This document shows positions 1-11,878 of a DNA stretch of 64,000 nucleotides, in pieces; within the stretch, counting starts at the first letter, position 1, and each line of letters starts with the position of its first letter. Under the pieces are notes generated by a model. That model searched no databases and was not told where the DNA came from. It saw nothing but the letters and a program-made list of their open reading frames with translations. The DNA comes from Selaginella moellendorffii (Eukaryota > Plantae > Lycopodiophyta), in assembly GCF_000143415.4 (NCBI RefSeq), contig NW_003314339.1:117751-181750 (forward strand), given 5' to 3'. A program made the position numbers and the translations under genes.

Positions 1-619
1 CAAGGTTGGAAAAAGTCGAATTGTTTTTACGTTTTGTTCTTCATCAGGTGGAAAGATCAGGTGCATTGATATCGTCTTCCTGGCTGCTATAGTTTCTAGT
101 TTGCTAAAGCTTTTGCTCCATGCCAAGAGAGCAAGTGAGGAACATGTGGGCTGCCCAGTTTCATGGCCGGCCTCTTCGGGCCGCATGTTTCAATAAGTTT
201 ATCTTCACGGCGACTCCTCAAACATCGCAAAGTTCATCCTCTTCCCCGTGGTTGCATCACTCTTTCTCGCAGGATCACCCTCGCTCTCATATCCGAGGCG
301 CTGCACCGAAGTGATCAGCTTCTTCTTCCAGGAATCTCACTTTCTACCTGGTTGTGCCTTCAGACAATCCCACTCCGTTCGGTCTCGGCGTGCTCGATGA
401 TTTCCTCACCGCCGAGCCTCCCGGTCTCTATGTTTTGTGAGATCCCATAAATCCGCTTAAAACAACAGACTGCACTCAACTCGATCCCAGTGCCCGGCCC
501 CCATTTTCTCTTTTCTCGCGCGGATCATAGCCGAGCGCCGAAGAAGAACACAAAGCCATCGAAATGCTGGCATCGGATCTCCGAATCAGGCACTCAATAG
601 TGAGGATCTGCTGCGGGTC

Positions 620-900
620 TTCACGCAGAGGCGAACTGCTGCTGTTCCTGCTCGTGTGATGGCACCTCCTGCTGAGCGCTCTGTGATGCCTGCCAGGGAT
701 CCATTTGGACCTGCCCCCATGGAGCTTGATGCGGCGTCCCATACTCTTCTCCCTGAAGAACGACAATGTCATATCTCCCTTGGTGTATGCATATACTGCG
801 GCGAACCTGGTCACCGTCTTCCTACTTGTCCCAAGCGTCCACAGGCCAGTGGAGATAGTTGCAGTGCATGAAGCTGTTCTTGACCCTGTACAACCTTCAA
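620..900 (+). mobile_element. Remnant of LTR-retrotransposon gag C-terminus (CCHC zinc knuckle)
   Basis: ORF 656-871 has PAPMELDA followed by CIYCGEPGHRLPTC (CX2CX4HX4C), typical of Ty3/gypsy gag ends. No intact pol follows. Confidence 0.65.
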
Positions 901-1079
901 ACGGTCTACAGCAAGGAGGCGAAAATCTGCAATATAGACCAAGGCCAATCAATTACCCTGCGAGAGTTGCCGAATCTTGATGGTTCGATCCGTGTCACCA
1001 AAACATGCCGAGATCTGCACCAAGTTGAATAGCGACAACGTGCATGTTCTCCAAGAGATCAATTTGGAAGGACCGGAGT

Positions 1080-2250
1080 TTACCATGTCTACCATTGAGG
1101 AGCTGCCTATTTGCGATTAAAGCACCAGATCACGCTGAGATGCTATGGGCGGTTGGACTGGCCTGGGTAGGTGGCAGATAAACTTGCTCCGTTGTTTAAT
1201 CTGTAGGGCTGGGCTCCTCATATGTAGATTGGACGCTTGCACTTTTGCAAAGGTGTTTGCCAGCCTGGCTGAAAAAGAATGGGCCGTATGCACAAAGGTC
1301 AAGCAGGCTTTTGCAAGTATTATTCGCATCTTGTTCGAACTGCTACGTTTCATGCAAACTGAGTGCTACTCCTGGGTTATGTTGATTTAACCAAAACTTT
1401 CGACTGTGTCCCACGGCATCTTTTGGTTTGGCGTCTGCTGGAACTCCAAATCCCCACCTCCCTCGTAGAGTGGAATTATACAAGGCTTTGCATTTGCAAA
1501 TAGCAGATAGCCAGTTGCTTGGGGGTTTGGCCCCCTCTCACCGAAGTTGTTTGCAATCTATATGGATGTGCTAGAGACTATGCTGCAGAGCAAGGCCCCT
1601 ACGCTATACCAACTCTCAGACATGTATCTCTATGTACTATTTACTACATGCTATTGCCGGCCGGAACAGCGCAACTGTGAATTCAGGGCATGGAAGTAAA
1701 CCATGCCAAAGCCCAAATCATGGGTTTTGTTAGACCTGCAGATATAGAATGCTTCTACCAGGGAGATCAGCTCACCATAGTGGACAGATATAAGTACCCT
1801 GGGTATGTAATACATAGGACCCATCCGTGGAAAGTAGGCATAGCTGACTGAATTGCAGCTCCTTGTTGCATTGCAATCAGATTGCCATTTTGCTCGGGTC
1901 ACAAGCTGGAGTGCAAAACACCAGTACTTTCTAACCAAGTTACCACTATTATGCTGTGTTTGTGAGGTCACAACAATCCTGGGATGGCTAAATCTTCGTG
2001 GGATCAGGTGGAGGACTTGCAAAATCAATTCTTTTAGATGGAGTTGCGCATGGAGAATGTCTTTAATCCAATAGTATTGTTGGAGTTTGGTCTCTGGCCG
2101 TGGATATATCAAAATGCAGTGATGTCTGTACAACTCCATATGGGTGTGCTATCGGTGATTTGATTGGTTGATGTCAAGCTGGACATTGGGGCTCAGTCTA
2201 AACCTCGGCATACAAATGGCTGGATGATTAAGTACGTCATTGCTCTTCAT
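1080..2250 (+). mobile_element. Degenerate non-LTR (LINE) reverse transcriptase remnant
   Basis: Manual translation from ~1300 gives QAGF...YVDLTKTFDCVPRHLLVWRL, and ~1530-1575 gives PLSPKLFAIYMDVLE. These are LINE RT motifs (QxGFR, DLxKAFD, PLSPxLF), interrupted by stops and frameshifts. Boundaries approximate. Confidence 0.7.
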
Positions 2251-2566
2251 GGTGGCTTGGTAGCATATATTTCTAGAACACAAGGAAAAGAAGGAAAGAG
2301 CAAAGTTATGGTAGGACCACAAGACATATTCACTCCGTGAGCAGAGAGGTGTCAAACAAAAACACACTTTTTTTGTTTGGTTTTTATTGGCATGGTCTAT
2401 AAAAAGTCAATGATGATTCTTAAGTTTTATCCATTCCTTTTTTATTTAAATTTATTATTTTTATATTTCTGAACCTTGTTCCTCATTTTGTATTGATTAA
2501 TAATTGGTTGACTATTATTAGTAATTTATCTTAATATGTTTAAATTATCATTCAATCTTTGTGAAG

Positions 2567-3445
2567 ATGAAGTTCATTTCAGCACTTCTTTTCTTTTTTA
2601 GTGTTGTTCAAGCCATGCGCTGGGAATTCTCTGACCAGCACAATGCTATAACGCTAGCCGATGTCACTATGATTCTAGATGCAGTGATTGAAAATCTGAG
2701 CATTTTCGACGACAATACTTACTATGAGAGTGGGGCAGCTTATATTGATCAAATCACTGTGACAAATAACGTTGTGATCGACATCGTCATCTTGGCTTAT
2801 CATACAGGCCCGAATCTGGATTTCTGCCATGTCAATCCAGGTAACACCATCAGAGTGAGAGGCTTTATTATCAAACTGATAATCCAAAACCTAGTAATGT
2901 ATACAAGAGGTCAAATGCAAGCCTTTCTAGCTAGCAGCATGCTTGCAGTCTCTGAGATGTTTGGAGTCCAATATCGCATAGCACCAAATCAACAGATGGA
3001 AACACTTCACAACCAAACGAAGATTCTATTTGAAAGCGATCGAGGCGATTGCCAAGCAAAATTGACAACGCTGGACAACATCTTCTATAATGGTCTTCAT
3101 CGAAATTTTGAGCTCCAGGCCCCGAATTTGATCTACACATTCAAGCTCCAGGATGATTGTAGCTTGTCTTTGAATGAGGCCAGCCGGGGGCAAGTTTGGA
3201 CGAATGGAGTGTGTGGGAGAGGAGGAGTCGATTGCTATCTCACAGTCGAACTTAATGGGAACATGGTCGTCAAAGAAACCCCAAGTCAGGCTGTTATATG
3301 GTCGCTAGATAGGTTCTGTGATGGACCATGCTATGCATTTGTGACTATGCAAAGAGATAGAAATGTGGTGCTCTATCATGTGTTTAAGTCCAGCCCAGGT
3401 AACCTTTATGCTGCTTGGGCCACGAATACTGTGAAAATTTTTTAA
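2567..3445 (+). CDS. Intronless secreted protein: unknown N-terminal domain plus C-terminal bulb-type (GNA/B-type) mannose-binding lectin domain
   Basis: Signal peptide MKFISALLFFFSVVQA. C-terminal ~110 aa with three lectin subdomains (LQDDCSLSL, VELNGNMVV, MQRDRNVVLY = QxDxNxVxY) ending AAWATNT. Confidence 0.8.
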   Translation: MKFISALLFFFSVVQAMRWEFSDQHNAITLADVTMILDAVIENLSIFDDNTYYESGAAYIDQITVTNNVVIDIVILAYHTGPNLDFCHVNPGNTIRVRGFIIKLIIQNLVMYTRGQMQAFLASSMLAVSEMFGVQYRIAPNQQMETLHNQTKILFESDRGDCQAKLTTLDNIFYNGLHRNFELQAPNLIYTFKLQDDCSLSLNEASRGQVWTNGVCGRGGVDCYLTVELNGNMVVKETPSQAVIWSLDRFCDGPCYAFVTMQRDRNVVLYHVFKSSPGNLYAAWATNTVKIF

Positions 3446-3782
3446 AATAAAAGACGGCACAAAAGAACGAAGATTTTCATTTAAAAGGTGCTTAGGTCGT
3501 GATCGATCCTATAATCTAGCTTGCGATGGGATTCGCTATGGAAGATTAGCCATTGCTGTATCTTTCATTAATTTCCTCTTTCCAAAATAAACCCCTCGCC
3601 CTCGCGAATATTGTGTGGTTCTACCTAGTTTGGGACGATGGCATGGGCCGGGCCACAATCCAAACAGCCACATTGTACGGTCACTGTCAGGGGGAGGGAA
3701 GAAGAGGCGAAGAAGACGAACAAGTGAGAGCTATGAGATTTTGGATTTAGGGCTCCCGGAGATAAGAGGAGGGAGGAGGGCA

Positions 3783-5440
3783 ATGGCGCAGCAGGGAGGC
3801 GCTGGCGAAATGTCGCCAGTCCAGTTCCGGGAGCTGGACGACGAATTCATGCAGGTAGATTCTTGACATTGTCGCTCGAGTCGATCGATTGAATGCCCCG
3901 AGTGAAATATTTCCATGGATTGGCTTTGGCACTCGCAGAAGCAAGCGAAGGTATGGCTAGAAGCTCTTTTGGAGGAACGATATGGTGGAGATCGGAGCTT
4001 GGCGGATTTGCTCGCCGATGGAGACATCCTGTGAGTCAATCTGAAAATCCGAATTGGACGAATGTGTCTCCTCCAAGAAATTTATTTATTTTTTACCTCT
4101 TTCCAGGTTTCGAGTTTCCAAGCTGTTCAAGGATCTTATACGAAGCAGCTCTGGAGGGGATGCCGCATTTCCAAGGCGGCCTTCCTCGGAGCTACCATCA
4201 AACGATGCAAAGGGTGGACGATATCTCCCATACTCTCACGTTGATTCATTCCTCAAGGCAAGCAATTTTTGTTTCTCGAGCTAGATATATGTTCCCACTT
4301 GCGTTTGCACAGATTTGCAAGAGAATAGGCCTGCCCGATGTTGATCTCTTCACTCCTCCGGATGTTGTGGAGAAGAAGGATATCAGAAGGGTCTGCTTTT
4401 GCATTCGAGCTCTCTCCAAAAAGGCTCGCGCTCAAAGTCTGCCGGTGAGAAGAAGAAAAGAAAACCGGAAGAAAGCTAAGCGTGTGGTGTGATGTTTCAG
4501 GTTCCAGATTTTGATAAGGTAGCTCACGCAGGTCCCATGCCACCGACGGACAAAGTTGGAGGTATCCGAGAGCATTTGCAACAAGCAGCGGTGGCGAGCT
4601 CCTCTCCAGACTACAAGTCTCCACGGGTACGAGATTTCTGTTCACCTTCCTTGCTACAATAAAAACGAAAAGACTGCTTGCTGTGCAGACTTCTCAGCCG
4701 ATTGGCAAAGTTCTATCGTCTCCGAGTCTCGCCGGCTCGGCCTTTATGGAAACGCCACCCTCGATCAAGCAGCAGGAAAGCGGGACTCCCGTAGAGCTCC
4801 AGCAGCAGGAAAGCGGGACTCCTGTAAAGTTCGAGGACGAAACCGCATCTTCAGAGCTTCAAGATGAGGAAGATAAGCAGTCAATCTCAGTATTGTCATC
4901 GCAAGTGGGCGAAACTGAGGATGACGAAGATGATAACAATCCCAAGCTTGTGGACGAGGAGAGATTTGGTGATCGCGCGCCGCCGCAAGTCAAGGATCAA
5001 CAATGCTGCTCCGCCCAGGTATGTACTTTAGAAAAACTATTCCCAGGTGGAAAGAGGTTTCTTAAAATCTCTCTTTTTGTCTCTTTCATCACAGGCAAAA
5101 GAGAAAGAGCCGCCGAGTTGCGTGCAGCGAAATGGAAGTACTGGGTTTGTTCTTCCTTTGGTGATTGGAGCAGTGGCACTGGTCGTGAGTGTTCTGGCAG
5201 TGGTAGCAGTCAAGCGGCCGAGGTACTAAAAACTTTCTAGTTTTCGCGACTCTTTCTCTAAGTTTGCTGTTCTTGGCCAGGAAAACTCGCGGCTACTATG
5301 TCGTCAAAGAGGGTGATACTCTGGCCAAAATCTCCCGGACCTGTGGAACTGGGCGCTGGACGGAGCTCGTGGACAAGAATCCGGGCCTGGCATCAAACCC
5401 GGATCTCATCTACCCCACTGACAGACTCAAGCTAGCGTAG
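3783..5440 (+). CDS. Calponin-homology domain / acidic linker / single TM helix / C-terminal LysM protein (8 exons)
   Basis: Exons 3783-3854, 3939-4030, 4107-4257 (GC donor), 4313-4444, 4501-4626, 4689-5018, 5095-5222 and 5281-5440 splice in frame. CH motifs: VWLEALL..LADLLADGDIL..VDSFLKICKRIGLPDVDLFTPPDVVEKKDIRRVCFCIRAL. TM: FVLPLVIGAVALVVSVLAVVAV. LysM: YVVKEGDTLAKISRTCGTGRWTELVDKNPGLASNPDLIYPTDRLKL*. Confidence 0.85.
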
Positions 5441-5683
5441 AAACATCATCGACGAAAGAGAAGTCAGTCCTTTTCATTCTTTCAAGCTTAAATCTGTGTT
5501 TGTTTTTCCAGTGTGATTCATCCTAGAACCCGAAAAACTAGAGCTGGAGTGGATCGATCGATCGACCACCAATACAGGAATAAGAACCGAGAGAGGAAAA
5601 AGAAAAGGAAAGGAGAAGAACAGTATGAATGAGCTGTGGGTGTCAAACTTCACCTCGTGTGTTCTTCGCTAAACTTCTTTCTT

Positions 5684-6186
5684 TCACTCCTTTTTGGGCG
5701 TCTTGTTGATGAGCGACTTGTGGATGTGAGGAATCACTCCTCCTCCCGCGATGGTGCCTTTGATTAGCGCGTCCAGCTCCTCGTCTCCACGAATCGCGAG
5801 CTGGAGATGCCTGGGAGTGATGCGCTTCACCTTGAGATCTTTGCTCGCATTCCCAGCCAGCTCCAGCACCTCGGCCGTGAGGTACTCTAGAATCGCTGCC
5901 GAGTAGACCGCCGCTGTCGCTCCCACTCTCCCGTTGGCCGCCACGCGCGTCTTGAGCATACGATGGATCCTCCCCACTGGGAACTGCGAAGAACACAGCC
6001 AAGCGCGTGTGAGAGAGAAAGAAAGAAGAAATCGATCGAAATTTTGGAATCGCGGCACAGATTTCGATCGCTACACACCTGGAGGCCGGCCTTGGAAGAT
6101 CGAGACATGGGCTTCTTCTTGGAATCCTTGAGATCGAGCGCCGACTTGGCCGATAGCAGCCCCTTGGCGCCTTTCCCTCCCACCAT
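5684..6186 (-). CDS. H2A.Z: Histone H2A variant H2A.Z (2 exons: 6186-6079, 5983-5684)
   Basis: SRSSKAGLQ|[75 protein letters not shown] is diagnostic of H2A.Z. Confidence 0.97.
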
Positions 6187-6375
6187 TGTGTCTTCTTTCC
6201 ACAAACCCTAACCTTCCATCGCTCTAACGCGCTGGTTTAAATACCAGTCGTGTTCTTCAAAGAAAGCACGGAGGAAAGAAGGGCGAGGTTTCTTGGAGAG
6301 GAACGATCGACGCGGCGCCGCCTCATCGCGCTCTCAAATGCCGCCAGCGCGCCGCCGGTGATGGGATTGCGGAGA

Positions 6376-8179
6376 ATGGCGGACAAGGTGAATCCAGCGT
6401 CTTCCTCGGCCGCCGCCGCGGAGGCGAGCAGGGATCGGCTGTGGTTCGCGAGCTGGATGCGATGGATCCCGACCTCGCGCAGCGATGTCATCCAATCAGA
6501 GCAGCGCCTCCTGACGCTCGTCAAGTAAGATCGAAGAATCTCTGGAAATCTCTCCCTCTCCCTCTGATCGGATATTTCGATCCACAGGACGCCCTATGTC
6601 CAAGAACAGGTGAATATCGGCTCGGGGCCGCCGGGATCCAAGGTGCGCTGGTTTCGATCCGCTAGCAACCAGCCGCGATTCATCAACACGGTCACGTTTG
6701 AGAACAAGAATGCCGCGAGCGCGCCGACGCTGGTCATGGTGCACGGCTATGCCGCCTCGCAGGGTTTCTTCTTCCGGAATTTCGATGCTCTGGCGGCGCA
6801 TTTCAGGATCATAGCCATGGATCAGCTCGGGTGGGGAGCTTCCAGCCGGCCGGATTTCACTTGCACCAGCACGGAAGGTATGGCTTGGAATCTGGATGGA
6901 GAGGGAGTGATTGAGAGATGAGAATTTCCTGGCTAGCTCTGGCTTTCCCACGTAGAGTTTTCTACTTAGATGGAATGTTTCTCACAAACCAGCACGGAAG
7001 GTATGGATTAGAGTGAGTGATAGATGAGAATCTCCTGGCTAGCTCTGGTTTTCCCACGTAGCTACTTTGTGACTTGGCACTTATTTTTTCTTGCGCTGAT
7101 GCGTGGTTCTCTTTGTAACTAGAGACGGAGGCTTGGTTCATCGATTCCTTTGAGGAGTGGCGCAAGGCCAAGAACCTCGACAAATTCATTCTCTTAGGAC
7201 ACTCGTTTGGAGGCTATGTTGCCGCTCGATATGCTCTCAAAGTAAGTTACTCCCTGGATTCTTTGTTTTACGATTTTTAAACTGGGACGTGTGCGAGCAG
7301 CATCCAGAGCACGTCCAGCATCTCATTCTCGTTGGTCCAGCGGGGTTTTCCCCTGAGTCCGATCGCTTCATACAGTTCCGATCAACGTGGAAAGGAGCTG
7401 TGGCAAACTTTTTCTGGGATTCCAACTTGACTCCTCAAGCAATAATACGGTAAGGTCTTTTCTCGCTTGTTTGTAGCCATCGCAAGCTTATCTCTTGCAC
7501 TCTTGCACTGGACAGGAGTCTTGGCCCATGGGGTCCCAATTTGGTCCGCAGATACACCGGTGCGCGTTTTGGAACCTATGCATCCGGAAACATTCTAAAT
7601 GAGCAAGAGTCGACACTACTTTCAGGTCTGAAAACCGCCTCCGGGTAGATCTCGTATCGTTATAACTCATTCTCGTGTTTGTGTCTTTCGCAGATTACAT
7701 CTATCACACACTGGCAGGGAGAGCAAGTGGCGAGCTGTGCTTGAAATATATATTCAAGTTTGGAGCGTTTGCAAGATCCCCACTCCAAGAAAGGTGTGGT
7801 TTGTTTACTCGAAAAGATCCAAGGCTGATGTTCTTGGTTCCTCCCAGTGCTCCCCATTGGAAAGTTCCCACCTCGTTTATCTATGGCGTGGACGACTGGA
7901 TGGACTACAAAGGCGGGATAGAAGCCAGCAAGCGAATGAAAGTGCCAAGCGAAGTTATCCGCGTGAGAAAGGTAAGCTTGACAAACTTGTGATTTCGCGA
8001 TTGGCTTGAAACGTTGTGGTGTGATTTGCGCGCAGGGAGGACACTTTGTTTTCTTGGACAATGCCGTCGCGTTCCATGCGGCTGTGTTGTATAGCTGCAG
8101 GAAGCATCTTCCGGAGACCACGGAAAAGGAGGCCAAGGACGATGGAGATTTCTTTCCAGCGTTCTCGTCTTTCGACTAG
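6376..8179 (+). CDS. CGI-58/ABHD5-like alpha/beta hydrolase (lysophosphatidic acid acyltransferase/lipase), multi-exon
   Basis: [44 protein letters not shown] nucleophile elbow, [10 protein letters not shown], and C-terminal GGHFVFLDN (HX4D). Stop TAG at 8177-8179. An alternative in-frame ATG is at 6361. Confidence 0.9.
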
Positions 8180-8286
8180 AAAGTGAAAAATGCGAAGCAT
8201 GTAAACTATACATATCTATACAAGAAAAACTCTCACAAAAGGATATAGTTTCGCTGTAAAGGAGAAAGAAATCGAATACCTTGTTT

Positions 8287-11200
8287 CTACGTTCCATCCG
8301 AAAGGATTTGCAAGACTCGGTGCCGCAAACACTCGATCGCCTGAGGCGAGGTGTTTGCCCAGCGCGAAACTAATGCAGCAGGCTTGGATAAGTGGTGATA
8401 CGCGCTGGAGCTGAGCTTGGACGAGTAAATCGTGAGATTTGTGGCCTCCGCAACCCACATTTGGTTCCTCTCGTCCGGGTGTTGCTTCACGAGGTTGCAA
8501 AATCCAACCTGGTTGACAATTGACAACCCAGAATCACACAAAACTCACCGAACTTAAATGCTCAAAAGCTTACCACTGTGTTGGAGTAGGCAGACTCGAA
8601 CCGTAAGAAAGAGTCCTCTGAGGCCGAGAAGTCGATGGCCAGTAATGCTGCTTCTCCCTCTTGCATTGAGCCGTCCGATACAAACACCCACTGCCTCAAG
8701 CGATCGCCGCTCTTGTAAACTTCACCCACAAATATGACTAGAGCAGCAGCGTCGAATTCACTGCAATCCAACGCAAACTCGTCAAATGGAAAACAAAGAG
8801 AAGCGTGTGTACCTGTAGGCTCGAAGTTCCACTAGACTCGAGAGCTGTAATCCTTGACGAGGAGTGAACTCGAATCTGGAAAGACTATCCAGCGTCAGGA
8901 AATACAAAGCGAAAGGAGCATTACATACGTAAACCCTTTGGAGGATATTTTTCGCCATCTTGACGACTTGTTGGCGCTTAGGAGACGATTCCCCGCTCGG
9001 GATTGCGGTGCCGGCTTCAAATTCGAAACCACGTAAGCAGCTCCTTCTACCAATTCCCTGGTCTACAAACAAAGATTAAACAATCAATAGTGAAAGAATG
9101 CACATACCAGAGTATCGCTTGGGTTCCAAATCATGATGGAACCATTTGAGCTCGCGACGTCAATAAAGTTAGATTGGAGTCCAGTGACGCCAATTTTCAG
9201 AAATGGAGTAACATCCCTGGAATGAAGGTTAGCATGTTCAAGAGCTTTCTGCACATGTTTCTCCACAGCAGCCTGGCTCGAACACTACAAGAAGCGCGCT
9301 TAGAGAACAAGGCATGCATTAAAGCTTACGAGCCTACCAGTTTCCTCGCTTGATAAGCCGAAAGAGCCGCGTGATCCTCGCTTGTCATGTCCGCCATCAC
9401 CACTTCAGGATCAGAAGCACACTCCAGAAGCTGGTACAACTTTGCTCCTTCATGAAACCTTTCATCTTCGTTGAAAGCCTCGGCGTCACTTTGGAAATTA
9501 GCCATCACGTCTTCTGCAATATTTGCTCTTCTGCAAAAACTAGAGTCAGCAATAGAAAGAATGCATTTACATGTTCCAACCTTTGCTCGAAGTTCACCTG
9601 CGCGGCGTTCTCTGCTCTTGTAGTTCTGACTACAAACATCCCGTCTTTCAGCCTGTGCCAAATTAAAAAGAAAATCAATATACGAACAAAGAGCATTATG
9701 CTTACTTTTCTCTATAAAGAAGCGGATATATCCGCGTAATAGCTATGCAAGTTGAAGAAACAATTCCACCGTCAGCTTTGATACATCTAAACGCCAATGG
9801 TAGAGGACGCTGCCTGCCTGGAATTGCCAAGGATTGCGCTTGGTCAACATAACCAGTAACAAAGGAAATCAGTCAAAGAACTTACGAGCTCCCAACGGAT
9901 CTGCCCAGTGTGCTCTGTAAGTACCATTGATGTGCACAGCCAAATAGGCGACGCTAAAAGCCTGAAGAGAAAGATAAAGCAAACAGTTAATGGAAGAGAA
10001 AAAAGAAACACCACACCTCGAGAGGGGGAAGACCACCAATTGCGCCGGTTAGCGAAGCGCCAGATATCTGAAAAGAGGTGGCACTCAAGAATTTGAGGTG
10101 CTTAAGCCGGTTACCTGCAATTTTTGTCCAACAAAAACCTTTCCTGCTTTCAGCTGTTTTGATAGAGGTGCGTCCAATGCAGCATTCAGGCAATACCTGG
10201 ATCAAGAGCTGAAATATGAGGTTAGATGGCACTATTACCTACATGTTCTCTTACCATCCATCAGTAACTTCCACTAGACAGCGTTCATTTCTTTCTTCAC
10301 CCGTCTTCCGCACGGCCGAAATGCACAGAATCATCGTGTGTGCCGCCGAAGCATCTCTTTCACAAATTTTCCTTAAGACTGATCGGTGTCCATTTTCGAT
10401 TTCCTTCACATACCTGCGACAAACACACGGTCGCTAGAGGTTTAAGTGCAGAACAAACACAACATACCGGTACTTCAACTCGCGAAGGACGTTACGTAAG
10501 CAAAGAAATCCTCGGGCTTTTCGAGGATATGAACGTTGTTGCGATGCGAGTTTCCAAACGATCCATCTATAGTGATTTTCCACCCATCTGGCAAGAACAC
10601 GAGCTAAGTTTTGCACGAAGAATCAAAATCATAAAAAGCTTACTCGTTGGTAGCCAAATGCGGTTTCGCACCGGCTTCCAAAAGCATGTTTCGAAGCTCA
10701 GAGGCACCAGCCTTCCCGCACAGCAGTTTCATCTTGTAATCCCTGGCAGTATCCGATGTCATGCATAGGATCTCCTTTGGTACAAACACCAAGTGCTTTA
10801 CAGGATGAAAAGTTCGTCAGTCTTGTTATGACGGCGTTCGACATACCTTGTCAGCTTGATGAGGCAGGTGCTGAAAATATTCCCGCAACTTCACTCGAGG
10901 TGGCAACCGGAATCCTTTCTCACGACCAATTGCATTGAGCTCAATGGCCATCCGATTCGCAGGAGCACGGGGCTTGTTTCCATCAATCTCACTCAAAGGC
11001 AAAAGCGTGCGCGTGTCCGTGGAGCTTCCATCTTTCGGCAGCTGGAAACGCTTGACGGATGCCAAAGCCATTGGAGAAGTAAATCTACATCCAAGAACAA
11101 AAGAATTCTTCAACGAAACAACAGAGAGAAAGAAAAACAAAAAGAGAGAAAACCCACCGACGTCGCGGCTGCTTGAATGGTGGCACTGAAGCAGGCAACC

Positions 11201-11834
11201 TCGAGAGACCTCCACGAAAGCCTGGAGTGGAAAATCCTTTGAGCTTTGATGCATCGTCTCGATTGCTCTCTGCGCCACCAAGTAGCGACCTTGCCTTGTT
11301 GAGCGCCGTGGAAGAGATTGGAACACTCTTTCCATTAGCTGTCTGGAACAAAGCGTTTGCTCCTCCCCCTGGCGATAAAAATCCCAATGCTGGTTCTTCC
11401 ACATTCGATCTCTTCTTGCTCGGAGTGGCAGCATCTTCGTTGCCGAGTAGGGCCAATGCTCTCTTCATCGCGGCGCCAGATACCTGGACCGATTTCCCTG
11501 TTCCAGTTTGGAACAGCGATGCCTGCGGCGCCGCCGAGATCGTGGCACGCATGCCGCTGGTACCCCTCTCAAGAACATCGATATTTCGATCAAGCTCCTC
11601 CTCCTCGCCGCGAGCTCGAGAAATCACACCTGGAGGGCTGACATCGGCGAGCTCGCGGTCGAAATCCTCCTTCGCTCGACGATCTTGAGCTTGGCGAGCC
11701 AAACCTGGAACGCTGAAATCCCCGAGCTCGTTCTCTTGCCGTGAATCGAGCACCCAGGCGCTGCTGGCGCGGATCGTCCCGCAAGGATCCAGAGAATGGC
11801 CGCGCACTCGCCAGGAGGGAATCCTCCCTTCCAT
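8287..11834 (-). CDS. BRCA2: BRCA2 homolog (multi-exon)
   Basis: BRC repeats FQTGTGKSVQVSGAAMKRALALL and FQTANGKSVPISSTALNKARSLL. Helical/OB-fold motifs WVENHYRWIVWKLAS..NVLRELKYRY, VEVTDGW, FTPR, GFCNLV. Start codon is a best guess. Confidence 0.92.
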
Positions 11835-11878
11835 CGATCCGCGCTTCCAAAACCTAGGGCTCTTTCTCTCACCACAAA

